This document shows, in pieces, positions 12,989 through 25,649 of a stretch of DNA of 64,000 bases (the stretch's first letter is position 1; each line of letters opens with the position of its first letter). This DNA is from Selaginella moellendorffii (lineage: Eukaryota > Plantae > Lycopodiophyta). The stretch covers positions 384,816-448,815 of the forward strand of contig NW_003314384.1 of the NCBI RefSeq assembly GCF_000143415.4, written 5' to 3'. Position numbers and translations under genes: made by a program. The notes beneath the pieces are model-generated. The model was given only the letters and a program-made list of their open reading frames with translations. It did not search any database and was not told the DNA's origin.

Positions 12989-13564
12989 GACACACAAACC
13001 GGTGCTTGTCCGAGATGCGCACACGGAGCTTGTCTGGAGGAGTAGTATGGTGTTGGGTGGTGTGTGAGGAAACTAGCGGCAGCAAAAGCACTGGAAGGAG
13101 GAGATAGTGTGGCATGACGAGGGTGGCGACGAGGAAGGTGTCCACGGATGAGAAACCCCAGGAAGAGGAGGAGGAGCTCTTGACAGATTGGAGCAAATCC
13201 ATCAAGGCGGCGGCTTCTCCCGGTGGCCGGAACCAAAGGGCATGTACATTCTTCTTTTACAAGAGCTTATGGAGAGAAGCGATTCTTCGCTCTTCTTCAG
13301 GAAGCCCGGCCGTGTCCAAGGATGGGAGAGGAATGCATGGAGCTCTTGCTGGGATGGTGCCGTGGACAGCACTAGCAACAAGCTTGGGTGGGTGATGGGT
13401 AGCAGCATTGACTTCCCACGATCACCATTGTCATCGAGGAGCAGCGGATCCCACGAGTAAGCAGTGAAGCAGCAGCAACGCATTTGCGATGTGGAATTCT
13501 CAGCCATGGCGAGGAGCAGCAGCAGCGTGATCTTCCTGAGCATCTCCCAGTAATAGCTTGTCCA
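12989..13564. repeat. ~570 bp dispersed repeat, inverted relative to 38181-38751
   Basis: Reverse-complement homology; ORF translations match (KVSTDEKPQEEEEELL; LLPIT.PSLLLVLST). Confidence 0.85.
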
Positions 13565-14203
13565 CGCAAGCCGATTGTGAACTCATCTTCTAGTGAGGCC
13601 TCCATGTTGATCTTGCAGGACAGAAGTGCATCCACACTAGGGCCCTATTCCTCTCTGTTTTTTGTCGTTCCGGGTGGGGCAGACTTGAGTTCTCTTGTCC
13701 CATGCCCTAGCTCTGCTGCTGCTGCACATGCTGCTGCTCTGGTGGTGACTCCTGATCTGATCCTAGTGTACCACTCCTGCACTTCTGTGAGACATCCATC
13801 CCTGTGAACCCCCTCAGCTGCAAAAGTATTTGGGATGATTCCCCGCAAGCCTTTCTGACTTGTGACTGGCCTGAGACTCTCATGAAGTTCTTGCACTCTA
13901 GCCAGTGACCATGCAAGTGGATGAAGGGAGGTATCTTCATCCTCTTCTCCACTCTCAGTGGACACTTCACCTTTGGCATGGCTTACACTTTCAGCTTTTT
14001 CCAAGACCTGGCCATCTCCCAACCTAGAAACGTCCACCTCTTCTATCCCATGGTTCTCATCCTATTGGGCTGCTTCTTTGCATGGCTCACTTGCTGCCTT
14101 GCACAACAGTGTTCTAGCCATTGATATAGAGGGCCCTTTCCCGTTCTGGCTTGTTTCCGTATGTGTTCCAGGACCCCGACCTTGTAACAGTCTTCCTCGT
14201 GGG

Positions 14204-14770
14204 AGGACCCGGCGAGATCGCTGAACATGTATGTACATTCCCCATGTCCCAATGGGACTAATACAAAAACTGGGCATGCCACCCTCTCAATGAGTTACTC
14301 TACATGAAGGACCTGGCGAGATCGCTGAACGTGTATGTACATTCCCCATGTTCCAATGGGACTAATACAAAAACTGGGCGTGCCGCCCTCTCAATGAGCT
14401 ACTCTACGTGATCCTCTTGTCACAGCTGGACCTAGTCCTAGAGTAGAAGTGGACGTGGTCGTCTCGATTGAATCATGTCGATGTCCAAGTCTCCCCCATG
14501 AGCTGAACGTAGAACAGAGTCCAAGAGGGACCATTGCCAGCAAATCTCGCCACCTACCATTCTGCCGAAGTATGGGAGCCACCTGGACTGCCACTCCTCT
14601 AGCTGCCTTGGTTTCACCCGCTCCTTTAGGATGGTGTAATGAAGCCGCACTGCTGCAAGAGTGAGTCTCCACCACGATGCCACCACTGTTGATATCCTCG
14701 CTTGTTTCCCATCAAAGAGACCTAGCGAGATCATGGCACCACTTTGTGCAATCCACATTCTCTGTGTGCC
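14204..14770 (-). mobile_element. LINE 3' end fragment with a tandemly duplicated 104-bp 3' terminus (14204-14307, 14308-14411)
   Basis: WWRLTLAAVRLHYTIL...WQSRWLPYF ORF2 tail; ACATGTATGTACATTCCCC...GGGACTAATACAAAAA motif shared with 40285 and 59921. Confidence 0.75.
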
Positions 14771-14854
14771 GTTGTCAAAACAGTGTGATTGAGAGCAAGT
14801 AAAGGAGGTAAGAGAATGAATTTTCATTTATTCGTGATGAGGGAGAGGACAAAA

Positions 14855-14910
14855 GACAACCTGAGACCGGTTTCGTCCTTTTTGGGACTCATCAGCCAGA
14901 TGTAGTTGTC
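14855..14910 (-). ncRNA. Type I hammerhead ribozyme with minimal palindromic helix III (Penelope-like element type)
   Basis: Minus strand GACAAC-TACAT-CTGG-CTGATGA-GTCC-CAAAAA-GGAC-GAAA-CCGG-TC/TCAG-GTTGTC: intact CUGAUGA and GAAA boxes, stem II GUCC/GGAC, bulged stem I, GUC cleavage triplet. Confidence 0.85.
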
Positions 14911-15229
14911 TAGCATCTACCCTAACCCTAGCTTGGCATTGACTCTAATTATATTCTGGCTCTGTTACTTGGCACAAGTCCATGTGGCGGCCATGCTAAG
15001 TGGCATCGCAGCGTTGGCTCGCGAAGATGTGAATATAGCAAAACTAAAGTTGGTTACTTAGCAACAATAGTAGTTGCAGAGAATGTCTTCAGCAGATCAC
15101 TGAAGAGAGTAAGTGTTTGTCTGGTGGATGACGTACCTTTGATGCAAGATAACTTGTAAATGTGGCATGATATAGTGTATGCATTATGTCCACAATGCTT
15201 GTGTCAGTTGTACATAAGTTAAACGCTCA

Positions 15230-15997
15230 TCTAGATTACATCCTCAACTCTATAAAGAAAACTTTATATTGTTCCCAAGATCCCAAAGTCATTCTCTTAT
15301 TAACCCCTTTCTATCCACTGCATTGTGCACAAGTTCAAGCATGAACTAGAGTGGAGAGCCATGTCCTCTCGACATACTACTCCTCAAGGACAGATCCATA
15401 TCTAGGATCTTCCAATTCCAATACAAGTGGTGATATACTTGGCCACGAATAAGAGTTGCATTAAGGAATAGCTCTAATACCAAATTGTAAACAACTAAAT
15501 TTTCCATTCTACTTTAATTACTTAACCACACTTCCGACCACTTAGAGGAGTCTCACTCACAACCTCCATAAATCCTATTCCGGACTTAGAGCTTGCTAGC
15601 CTCGAGAATGGCATCCCTACCACTCAACCTTTACATTTGGTCCAAGTGCTCCACATGTTTAATCCCATGATCAACACCCAAAAACACCACCAACATATCA
15701 GCCCGTTATTGCCCTTTTATCTTTACCACACTAGTGGTCCAACACCACTTGCATCACAGTCCCATCTCTCAAAGACTAGACGATCCGTCCATCAATGGTC
15801 ATCCAAGATGCACTCCTTAGCATCTTTAGGATGCCTACAAAAATGGGGAATAGCCTTCTCCAATATCCCTTTTTTAGACTCCACCAAATCCTTTTCTATC
15901 CATGGGTGTGTTCATCAACACTGCCATTGGGTCAAGGCCCACAACTCCGACCACTAAGTCCTATTGTCCTTTAGGACTTCCTCACCATATAACCATA
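15230..15997 (-). mobile_element. Older reverse-oriented copy of the LTR family (LTR 3' end at 15486, PBS, start of internal region); continues at 17523-18160 after the nested solo LTR
   Basis: Reverse complement of the LTR end (TGTAA at 15486); PBS reverse complement GCTCTAATACCA at 15471-15482; homology to ~31037-31300. Confidence 0.8.
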
Positions 15998-17522
15998 TGT
16001 GAGACACAAAATCCCTAGGCCCCAAAGTGGAGCCGGAAGGGTGCCACGTGGTAGTGGCCGAAACGAAAGCCAAACGAGCGTAACACGTTTGGACTAAAAG
16101 ATTCAACTTGATAGGTTGAGAGTGGGAGTGGAACTCCCAACAAAGTGCTTGAGGAATGAGCATGAAGCGAGCAACAAGCGAGGCTCTAAAAAAGGACCCA
16201 AAAAGGACTAACACATGACACGTGGAAGTGTCCAAGATGGACCCAAGATGGAGTCCGAGATGGAGTCCGAGGTGGACCTGAGGTGGAGTCTGAGATGGAG
16301 TCCGAGAAGGACCTGAGATGGAGTCCAAGATGGACCCGAGATGGAGACCGAGGTCGAGACCAAGACCAGAACCGAGACTGAGACCGAGACCGAGACCAAG
16401 ACCGAGACGGAGACTGAGACCGAGACTGAGACCGAGACCGAGACCGGGACTGGGACCGGGACCGGGACCAAGCCCAAAACCAAGCTCGAGCTCGAGCCCG
16501 AGTCCGAGTTCAAGTCCGAGTCCGAGTCCGAGTTCGAGTCTGAGAGGGTGAAAGCCCAAAGCGTTCGTCTCCTAGACCCTAGGGGGTTTGGTGAGCTCCA
16601 AAAGTATAGTAAGGGGGAGGACTGCAGTGGAGCTAGTTTGGCCCAGGAAGGCCAGACCCAGTGTTGGGTGATGAACTAACCACTGGGAAGTCCAAAATTA
16701 AAGTGAATACGGACCGACAAACGGGGTAGCTTGGTGAAGTGTTCAAGAGCTAGCTCTAGTTCCCCCGAGAGATCGACTGGCCAATGCTCCCAGTCCAAGT
16801 GTGGGTGGCACTACCTACTTGGATACTAGGCGTGGCTCAATGGAACCTCGCTCTAAGCCCATGGCTAGAGCACCTAAAGGCAAAAGGTGGGGAGAGTACC
16901 CACGGGGCTCACGTAAGTCCACGGTGTTCCGAAATGTTGTCCCGAAGTCCCAAATGGGGGAAAAGAGGAGGAGCAATCCCCGACCACTAAGTCCCATGGT
17001 CCTCTGGGGCTTCCTCACCATATGCTTGTATCCTTAGTCACTACACTAGAGCCTGTGGGCCTTGATTTAGTGGCAGTGTCGGCGAACATGGCCATGGACA
17101 GAAAAGGGACTTGGTGGGGACCGGAAAAGGGACATTGGGGGAAGGTTATTCCCCATGTCTGTGGGCATCCTAAGGATGCTAAGGAGTGGATCTGGGATGA
17201 TCACTCATGAACGGATGGCCCACTCTTTGAGAGACGGGACTGTGATGGAGGTGGTGTCAGACCACTGGTGTGACCAAGGTGAATGGGCATGGCCATAGCG
17301 TAACGGGCTAATATGTTAGTGGTACCTTGGAGTGTCGGTCATGGGATCGGTCACGTGGAGCACTTGGACCAAGTGCAAAGGTTGAGTGGCGGGGATGCCA
17401 TTCTCGGGGCTAGCAAGCCCAAATCTGAAATAGGACTTATGGAGGTTGTGAGTGAAACTCGTCCAAGTGGTCAGAGGTGTGGTTAAGTGACTAAAGTAGA
17501 ATGGAAAAATTAGTCGCTTACA
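15998..17522 (+). mobile_element. Solo LTR (1525 bp) nested in an LTR of its own family
   Basis: TGTGAGAC...CGCTTACA termini; TSD CCATA (15993-15997 and 17523-17527). Confidence 0.92.
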
Positions 17523-20078
17523 CCATATCCTTGATCACTACACCAAAGAATTGCCCCTCTTCCTTTCCACAATCTAGGATTTTGGGATAACATTTTGGAA
17601 CACTGTGGCCCTATGCAAGCCTCATGGGTACTCTCCCCACTTTCTACCTTTGGGTGTTCTAGCCATAGAGCTAGAGCAAGGTTCTATTGAGCCATGCCAA
17701 ATTGGCTTTTCTTTATTGAGAGTCAATGACTATTGAAAAATGAATGTCCTTATATTCCAAACCATCACCATACCCTAGTGAGTTGGGACTTGAACCCAAA
17801 CACTAAAAAGTTAGGACTTGAACCCAACCTCCGCATATGCATCTATGGGCGGCATCACCTAGGATTCCTAGCATGACTCCTAACATCAATGCACCAACTT
17901 ATACCCAAAGCAAGTTACAAATCACAATTTAGGAACTTAGTTCCTCCAAACTGTCAAGTCCTCTCACTTGATAAGTCTGTGATCATGCATAGACTCCTCT
18001 ATACTTGGCCCTATAGGCCACCCTTTTTGAAGTTAGCACCTTTAACTAGGGTCATTGTTCCCTTGACTTGCCAATCTCACTTAGTAAGTCATTTGACTAG
18101 CATAACATGGTTTTATATATAAGCATGAAACTTCTCAACCATTGACTTTCGTTCAAAGCTATCTTTTTTAACATTGATCCTTTAGGACTATTCCTTGATT
18201 CCAATGTCGTTTGCTAATTGTAATTATATTTTGTAGTTTAACATTTTTATTGGATGAAACTGGAAAGAATGCAAACTTAACATGAGCTGGAGTTGGTTTA
18301 TCTGGATCTTTTATAAAATAGATATTAATTACATTAATACATTGACGTGTGGAACAATTGCTAGACAAAGTGACTTTTGTCAATACACCAGTGTGAAATG
18401 GTTGCACATATTCTAAGCATCTTTCCAACTAACACCATAATTGTTTGATACAAGTGATACAAAATGATGCTATGTCACAATTAATGTTTTTTATGGGAAG
18501 GGGAGGTTCTAGCTTAGGATAGTATAATATGTGGAAGTAAATAAAACTTATAATATAAAATATATTTATAATTTTTGTTTATTGTTTCCACATAAATGTG
18601 AAGCTTGGGCTTTTTTTCACAAAGAAAAAAATCATAAGACACTCATTTAAGTATTTAAATTTAAATTTTTAATATTAAAATTATTTTTTTTAAATTTTTT
18701 TTACAATGATGCAACTTAAAAAAATTTATGTTTGTGCTTGCAAACACAATAACATATGAGTGAATTGTTTTTAAAGATTTGCTCAAATTTAGATCTGAAA
18801 TTTTTAAATATGATTATATTTACTTACAGAATGCTAAAATAAGGGAGCTAATTGATTAGAATTTAGAACATATGAGACAAAAAAATAAATGTAAATTAAT
18901 TTTTCAACTACATAAATAAGTTTTCATATATATTTCTTTCATCATGAAAGGCATACACAAAAAAAAACCTTTAAAAAAAACTATAAACCTTCGCAAATGT
19001 AACTATTAAATTGTTAAAAACTCATTTGTTATATCAATTTTAAGAATTTTTAGCATTGAAACTTTTTTTAAAAATTCAAATAAACTAATGTGTTTTATGT
19101 TCACAAGATTATGAAAATATTTATAGGCCGTAAATTTTGAGCATATAATTACTAGGAAATGCAAACTAAGCACTTAGGTTTTAAGTGCTACATGAAAAAC
19201 ATAATATTATGTTTTGTAGCACAAAAACAAAAATCATAATATAATTTCACTATTAGGAACCTAACAAATTCTAAAAATATTTTAAAAGATTCTAGAAGGT
19301 TCTAAAAGTTTCGTGGATTATTCTAAAATATTCTTAAAAGCTAGATTCTAAAGAAATATTCCTAGAATATTTCTAATAAAAGTTAGAAGAAAATATTCCT
19401 AAAAGAATGCAACATGGGGATTAGAAACAAGCAGCATGCGCACCAGCTAGTTTGAAGTATGATTGCGTTATTGCAACAAGTATCATGATCAATCCATCTA
19501 GGTTGTTTGAGTGTGCTTCCCATACCTGGAAATCTCTGCAATTCCACCCAAAACGCTTCCAATACAGGCTTCTGAGCTCCCCCGTTCGCTTAGACTTGTT
19601 CATTTTTGCATGTCTGTAGACATGTTGGTTCTTGTTTGTTGCGGCAACTAAAAACTTTCCAATTTCCAAGACACATTTGTACAAATCCAATTCTTCCAAC
19701 ATCCTAACCAGTCCGAAGGCAGCACCTTGGTGGAATCTTCATGCGGCTTTATTCCTCCCCACCATATACTCAAAATCATCCTCATTGAATTCCATGGTGT
19801 AGCAATGTCACTAGCTGAAACCTTATGTGCCTGCGCATTTCAAATTCGCCCAAAGCGAAATCCATGTAAGTCAGCCTATATTGAAGTTGAGTTAGTATTG
19901 CTCCTTGTGGATAACACTCTGATGAAGCTCATTTTAAGTTTAACAAAGCTTCACAATTGCATCTTTTTATTGAAATCAAGTACAAGCGCACCACACAATT
20001 ATTCCCATGATCAATCATCCTTGTCAAGTTAGACCAGCAAGACAAGGCATGATTATACATACGACTGCTATATATATA

Positions 20079-21893
20079 TCATGTAGGACATGAACAAGCG
20101 TTGACGCTCATGTTGACATCACCACCAGCTGCAGCAACAATACTTGTTGGAGCATCCGCAACAGCTTCAGCCTGGTTCCACATGACCACCCAGCCGCCTC
20201 TGCAATCCTTGTCATCGTCGTAACCTTTGCATGAACATGATGCCGAGTCATATTTGCAGCTGTTGTTCACACCATCCCAGGTGCCTCCCTGTGAGGTGGT
20301 ACGAGTTGTAGCCCGACCATTGGAATCCAGCACAATACAAGAATCTCCGTAGCAGTAGCAAGTGAAGCCAATTCCTCCAACATGACAGTCGTCGTCGTTC
20401 TTGCACCCCTCACAAGCCCTGTGGCACTCAAAGTGCTTCGAGTCCCCAGAAATGTCCTTGACAGCTACAAACTGCTGCAGGATCACACTACCGCGCGGAG
20501 TGCTCTTGGTCAGGCACTGGAATCCCCAGTAGCCCTGGTAGTAAGCCTGTAAGTTCCTGCCCACTTGCCACTGGCTACTCCCAACAGGGAAACGCCTGAG
20601 CACAACTTCCCATATGGGAGTGAACTTGTACTGCACAGCCAAGCTGCTGGTTGCTCCCTCCTCCATGAACGTGAACATCAGTTCCTTGCTCCGGTCCTGA
20701 GTGAGTTTTGCTCGAGTCTCGGGAGTACCACCTTTCACAAACAGCTTGTTGTGCATTTCCAAGTTCGCCGACTCCCGCTTGCTCTCCTGGCTTACACCCG
20801 CACAGCCTTCCACCCCGGACTGAAGCCCCTCCAGCTTTAGGCACGCCTGGGCCTTGAACTGCTGCTGCGAGTAGGATTTGGAAGACTTGGCGCTGCTCCA
20901 TTGCTGCAGCAAGGAGCCCGTGTAGATGGTCGAGATGTAGTGCGAGCCCCACTTTGACAAAAACTGTTGGAAAGGTGTCCAGCTGCTGCTTACTCCTGGC
21001 TCAGCCACCTCCACAGGCAACGTCTGCAGCTCCTCGAAAAACTTGGGATTCAGAGGCAGGTGGTCCACCTTGTTGCTGTTAAGGGTCTTCATCTTGGAAA
21101 TAGAGACCGCGTCCAAGGACAGTGCTGAGATCTCTTGCTCCCCGGCACTGATTGAGTTGAAGGTGCTCTGTAGTGTTGCAGAAACTGCTTGATAGTTCCC
21201 AGAGATGCTGGCTTCCGCACCAAGCTGCACCCCCCAATTGCAAATTGTCATTAATGACATACACTGTCACATCTCAGCAAAGACTTCTTGTTGAGTTTTG
21301 CAACATACGTACCGACATGTAGAACCTCTCTGTGCTCTCATAGAAGCTCGTCTGGTAGTCAACTTTGTTCACATCCAAGATGATCACTGCATCTTCATTC
21401 AGGTTGGAAAAGATGTTGAGACCGCCAGCTTGGGTTTCCAGAATGTTGGCTCTGGGGAGGTAGACCCCGGTCCCCAGAGAACCCTCTGTTCAAAATGTTC
21501 AAAATGCAAGTTGGTCAACTACAGTGCTACCTACCAATTCAGGCTTACCTTGCTCTCCAAGCAGTTGGAGTAGCTCCCCAGCCGAAAGCACCAGCCCGCC
21601 TTGCTGAGGAACGGTGGTAGCCTTGGACAGGGAAACACTCATGTCTGTCTTGTTAACCGTCGACCACTCCAGGCCTCTGTTGTCCAGAGCATCCAGCAGC
21701 ACATTGTTTGGCTGCACCAGCACCAGGAGGCCTCCCTTGGGAATGGGAGTTTCCGCACTTTTGCTGCTGGCGAAGAACGCCAATATGCAAAAGAGAAAGA
21801 ACAGTGCTGCTAGCTCGTGATACCTGGAAAACTGGTTAGTGGCAACACAATGGCACTGGAGAGAGTGCATAGCTACCTTTTAAGAAATGCCAT
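20079..21893 (-). CDS. Second, apparently identical copy of the secreted MACPF gene
   Basis: Same exons and identical ORF translations at offset 16869. Confidence 0.85.
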
Positions 21894-23361
21894 GGTTGAG
21901 ATTGAACTTGATGAATTTGCTGAATATGCTGAATACATGAATGCCTTGTGTCCATCATCCAATTTATACTGCCTCTGCTACGGTTCAAACCCCACTGTAC
22001 CTTTTTCTAAAATCACTGTACCCTTTTCGCCTTGGGTCATGGCAAGCATGCTTCTAATTTTCAAGCTTGATTTAATCACGTGCCTGAACATACGGAGGCA
22101 TCCATCCCTCGTGTTGATCAGGCTAAATGCGCTGGTGTTAGTTTTGTAAGTGAATCCCCAAGCCACATAAAGAATATGGAAGCAACTGTAGCCTTCTCAC
22201 CTGTGTCCATTAATCGTTGAAGCTATTTGATATAGTCGAGTAGTTGTACTTGCACCAAGAACTAATGGACGCCCGTAGTCCTGGAAACGTATTATTTTTA
22301 CAGATCTCACTGCTTGTCCTTCAACACAAAAGTGGAACAAAGTCAGAATCACTAACAGACTAAAACAAAAGGGCGTATAAACCTTATTTCAGGTACCTGG
22401 ATTGGCATGCAAAAGACTCTTAACACACGCACAACTTGAGCTCCCGCTTCCAAACTACGCTAGTCGGTCTGTCATTGCCTCTCACTGTGCAGTGTCCTGT
22501 CCAGAATGATCCCCCGATTCTCAGGACCGTTTCCAGCGGAAGCTGGAATGTCAGATATAATCAGGACACTTTATCTGTCTGCTAACCTCGCAGAGAATCT
22601 CAGCAGCATTAATTTGCGCCAGTGGATCATCTGCCTTTCGAAGTTCCTTTTCTAAGACAGAGAAAATGCCGGGACTGCGTACTTTCTCAGCAGCTAGTTG
22701 TGGTGCAGATGCAGAGTCATTTGCTACATACTTGAGGAGAGGTTCCTGGGATAGAAATTCAAGACATACTAGTTCAACGGGTGACTTAGCCAAAATGCAC
22801 CAGCTGCTTGCGCCACAGTAGAGTCCCTGGCAAAGCGAAACTATTGAGCTCGATTTGTTAATTAGAATATGTATGTACTCATTAGATAAAGTGCCTCACT
22901 AAAGGATGAACAATGCCAAAAGCTGCTTAGGCAATGCAGTTTCGGCAGAGCTTGGATTGCCATTTTAATGTCAAGGAATTTGGCTATCTGTATGAGTAGA
23001 CACAGAAAAATCAGCTAATGAACCCACTAGAAAAAGAGAAAAGCTGTCTCACTGAGTTGCACTTGCACGTAAGCTTTCGTCTCGGGGTGGTCACTCTTTA
23101 TAAGCATTATATATCATCTGCATTCTGGAAGTTTAGAATAGGGCCTAGTATACTTTTCTTGTTGTTCATAATTTGCCCCATACATATATGCATTTTTTCA
23201 AATCTTAAATAAACCCCCAATTCTTATATATATGTGGAATATTCTGGTTATTTTTGTATAAAGCATATATATATTTCCATTAATATAAAAAAATTATTTC
23301 ACCCTTCTATGACAATTGATATTCTTGCTTTTATCTTTGATGAAATTATCAAAAACTTCCC

Positions 23362-23461
23362 NNNNNNNNNNNNNNNNNNNNNNNNNNNNNNNNNNNNNNN
23401 NNNNNNNNNNNNNNNNNNNNNNNNNNNNNNNNNNNNNNNNNNNNNNNNNNNNNNNNNNNNN
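23362..23461. other. Assembly gap (100 N)
   Basis: Run of Ns. Confidence 1.
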
Positions 23462-25649
23462 GATTTTGACTTTCTTTTGAATTGGCAGCTTCTAGAAATC
23501 TAACATATTGTCCACCATCTGGTTTGTGTCAACTCCTTGCTTGATTCATTTTCTCCATAACTTTAGGATCTCTCCACATGCCTCCTCTCTATTCATCAAC
23601 AAACCATCCCATGCCTCCACCTCAAAGGAGAAGAAACTGTTCAAACTTCACCTCCATTCTGTAGGATCCCAATCCAAGTCTTTGATCAGTTGCTGATGCC
23701 ACCACTTGAGTGTGCCATTCCCCTCAAGTGGGTTGGTGATTGCATAATGACTAGCTATTTTGGTGCCTAGTGAAGCACTCAAATCCTCCCCTTGACCTTG
23801 TCATTAGTCACCATCAGCATGTACTACTCTTCTCCCATTGGTAGCAGCATATCCTCCCTTGTCACCTAGAAGGGGCAACCTACATAGAGAGACTATGAAC
23901 TAAACTTCCACATCGCCATCTCCCCATGCTAGTGATGGGGCCATGAACACTTGAGTCCACGTGCAGCTTAACTCGTTCTCCATCTGGCTCAATCTCCCAT
24001 TGCAGCATTACAAAGTCCCTGGGTTTAAAGCACCTTCTCGGCCAAGGTTGTTCCCTCTTTGCCTCAACCATGGAGGATTTTAGATCTACATGAACTTTGC
24101 AACTCTTGCTTGGGTTGAAGACTTGCATCCTCTTTGTGGTCTTCCTGCAGACCTTGTCCAACACTCCCATAAGCTGTTTCAGTGTCCAAAAGCCCCCTAT
24201 GTGCAGCTTCTTCAATATCGTGTAGTGGTCCTCTCTAACCAGCATTTGGTTACCAGCCCTGAACAATTCGTTAAAGAATAATGGCTGGTTCAGTCAATCC
24301 TCCAAATTTGAGCTTGCATTCCTCGTCCATATATGGAGGCTAACACTAAAAAGAAAAACTCGCTGAACGAGTGTAGCTTATTGCCCCCTTTTCCATTTCT
24401 TCAGATTTTTCTTCAGCTCTTCTATAGCTTCTAGTAATTCATCATTCATAGTACCAGCTAGCCTTTCACCGGCCCAAACAGTTGACAAAGGTGGAACCTA
24501 CAGAACAAACCACATAACATATGACTTTCAAAGCTTACCATAGCTTTTTCTTTGGAATGTTCACTCAGGCTTACTTCTTTGAAGGCCAGCTCTCCTGCTC
24601 ATGGGCATGGTTGGTCCCAACCACGTTCAGCCAGAATCCTGACCGCCGCCGAATGTGGTCAGCCGAATGCAGTCGGACAGTTCCGTTCGGCAAAAAAAAT
24701 GGTGATCGCACTCATAGGGGCTAGATTTCTGATGCTGCTACAGCTATCGCCATTGCCACTGCATCTCCACTGCTTTGCTGTTCTCCTGCTGCTATGTATG
24801 GAGCGATCCATCCATCCACAAATGCCCAGCCCAGCAAGCCTATATAGAATCTGATGAAGAGGGCTATAGCCTATAGGAGCTGCATGCATACCAAGCTCTA
24901 CAGGGCAACACTCTCCAGTCGGTCAGCCTTTGCTTTCGATTGAGCATGGAGCAGCTTGCTGAGGCCTCGCAAATCACCTAGTCCACAACGCTTGAAATTT
25001 TTGCCCTAAAATGGAAATTACGATTCCAGTGATTTCAGAGATTTGATTCTAGCAATTCTGGCACAATTGAGCAATGGTGCCCGATTGGGCATGGTCCCAT
25101 GTTACCAAGTTCACTCCTTATGCTTCCAGCAAAGGAGTTGGGTGTTGGAAATGTAATTATTGTGGAAAAATGTATGGTGGTCTGCCAAAACGAATTAAGG
25201 CACATTTTGCTAAAATTTCTGGGCATGATATTGAAGCATGTAGTGCTTCAAATGTGTCTCTTCATGTTCAGAACCAAATTCACCAAATGTTTATGGAGAA
25301 AATTGCAAATACCCCTTTGTCTTTAGTTTCTACAACAAATCTATAGAGTAGGCATTTTGATGGAGCATTTGTTGGTTTATGGTGTATGTAGAAGTTGGTT
25401 TATGTACACAGTAACACCAGAGTGGTGGTGTGAGACACAAAATCCCTAGGCCCCAAAGTGGAGCCGGAAAGGGTGCCATGTGGTAGTGGCCAAAGCGAAA
25501 GCCCAAACGAGTGTAACACGTTTGGACTAAAAGCTCTGACTTGGAAGGTTGAGAGCGGGAGTGGAACTCCCAACAAAGTGCTCAAGGAGCGAGCACGAAG
25601 CGAGCAATAAGCAAGGCTCCAAAAAGGGACCCAAAAAGGACCAACACAT
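23462..25649 (+). repeat. Duplicate of 8717-10904 (LINE fragment, hAT left half from 24606, truncated LTR from 25429)
   Basis: Offset 14745; only a handful of transitions differ. Confidence 0.95.
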
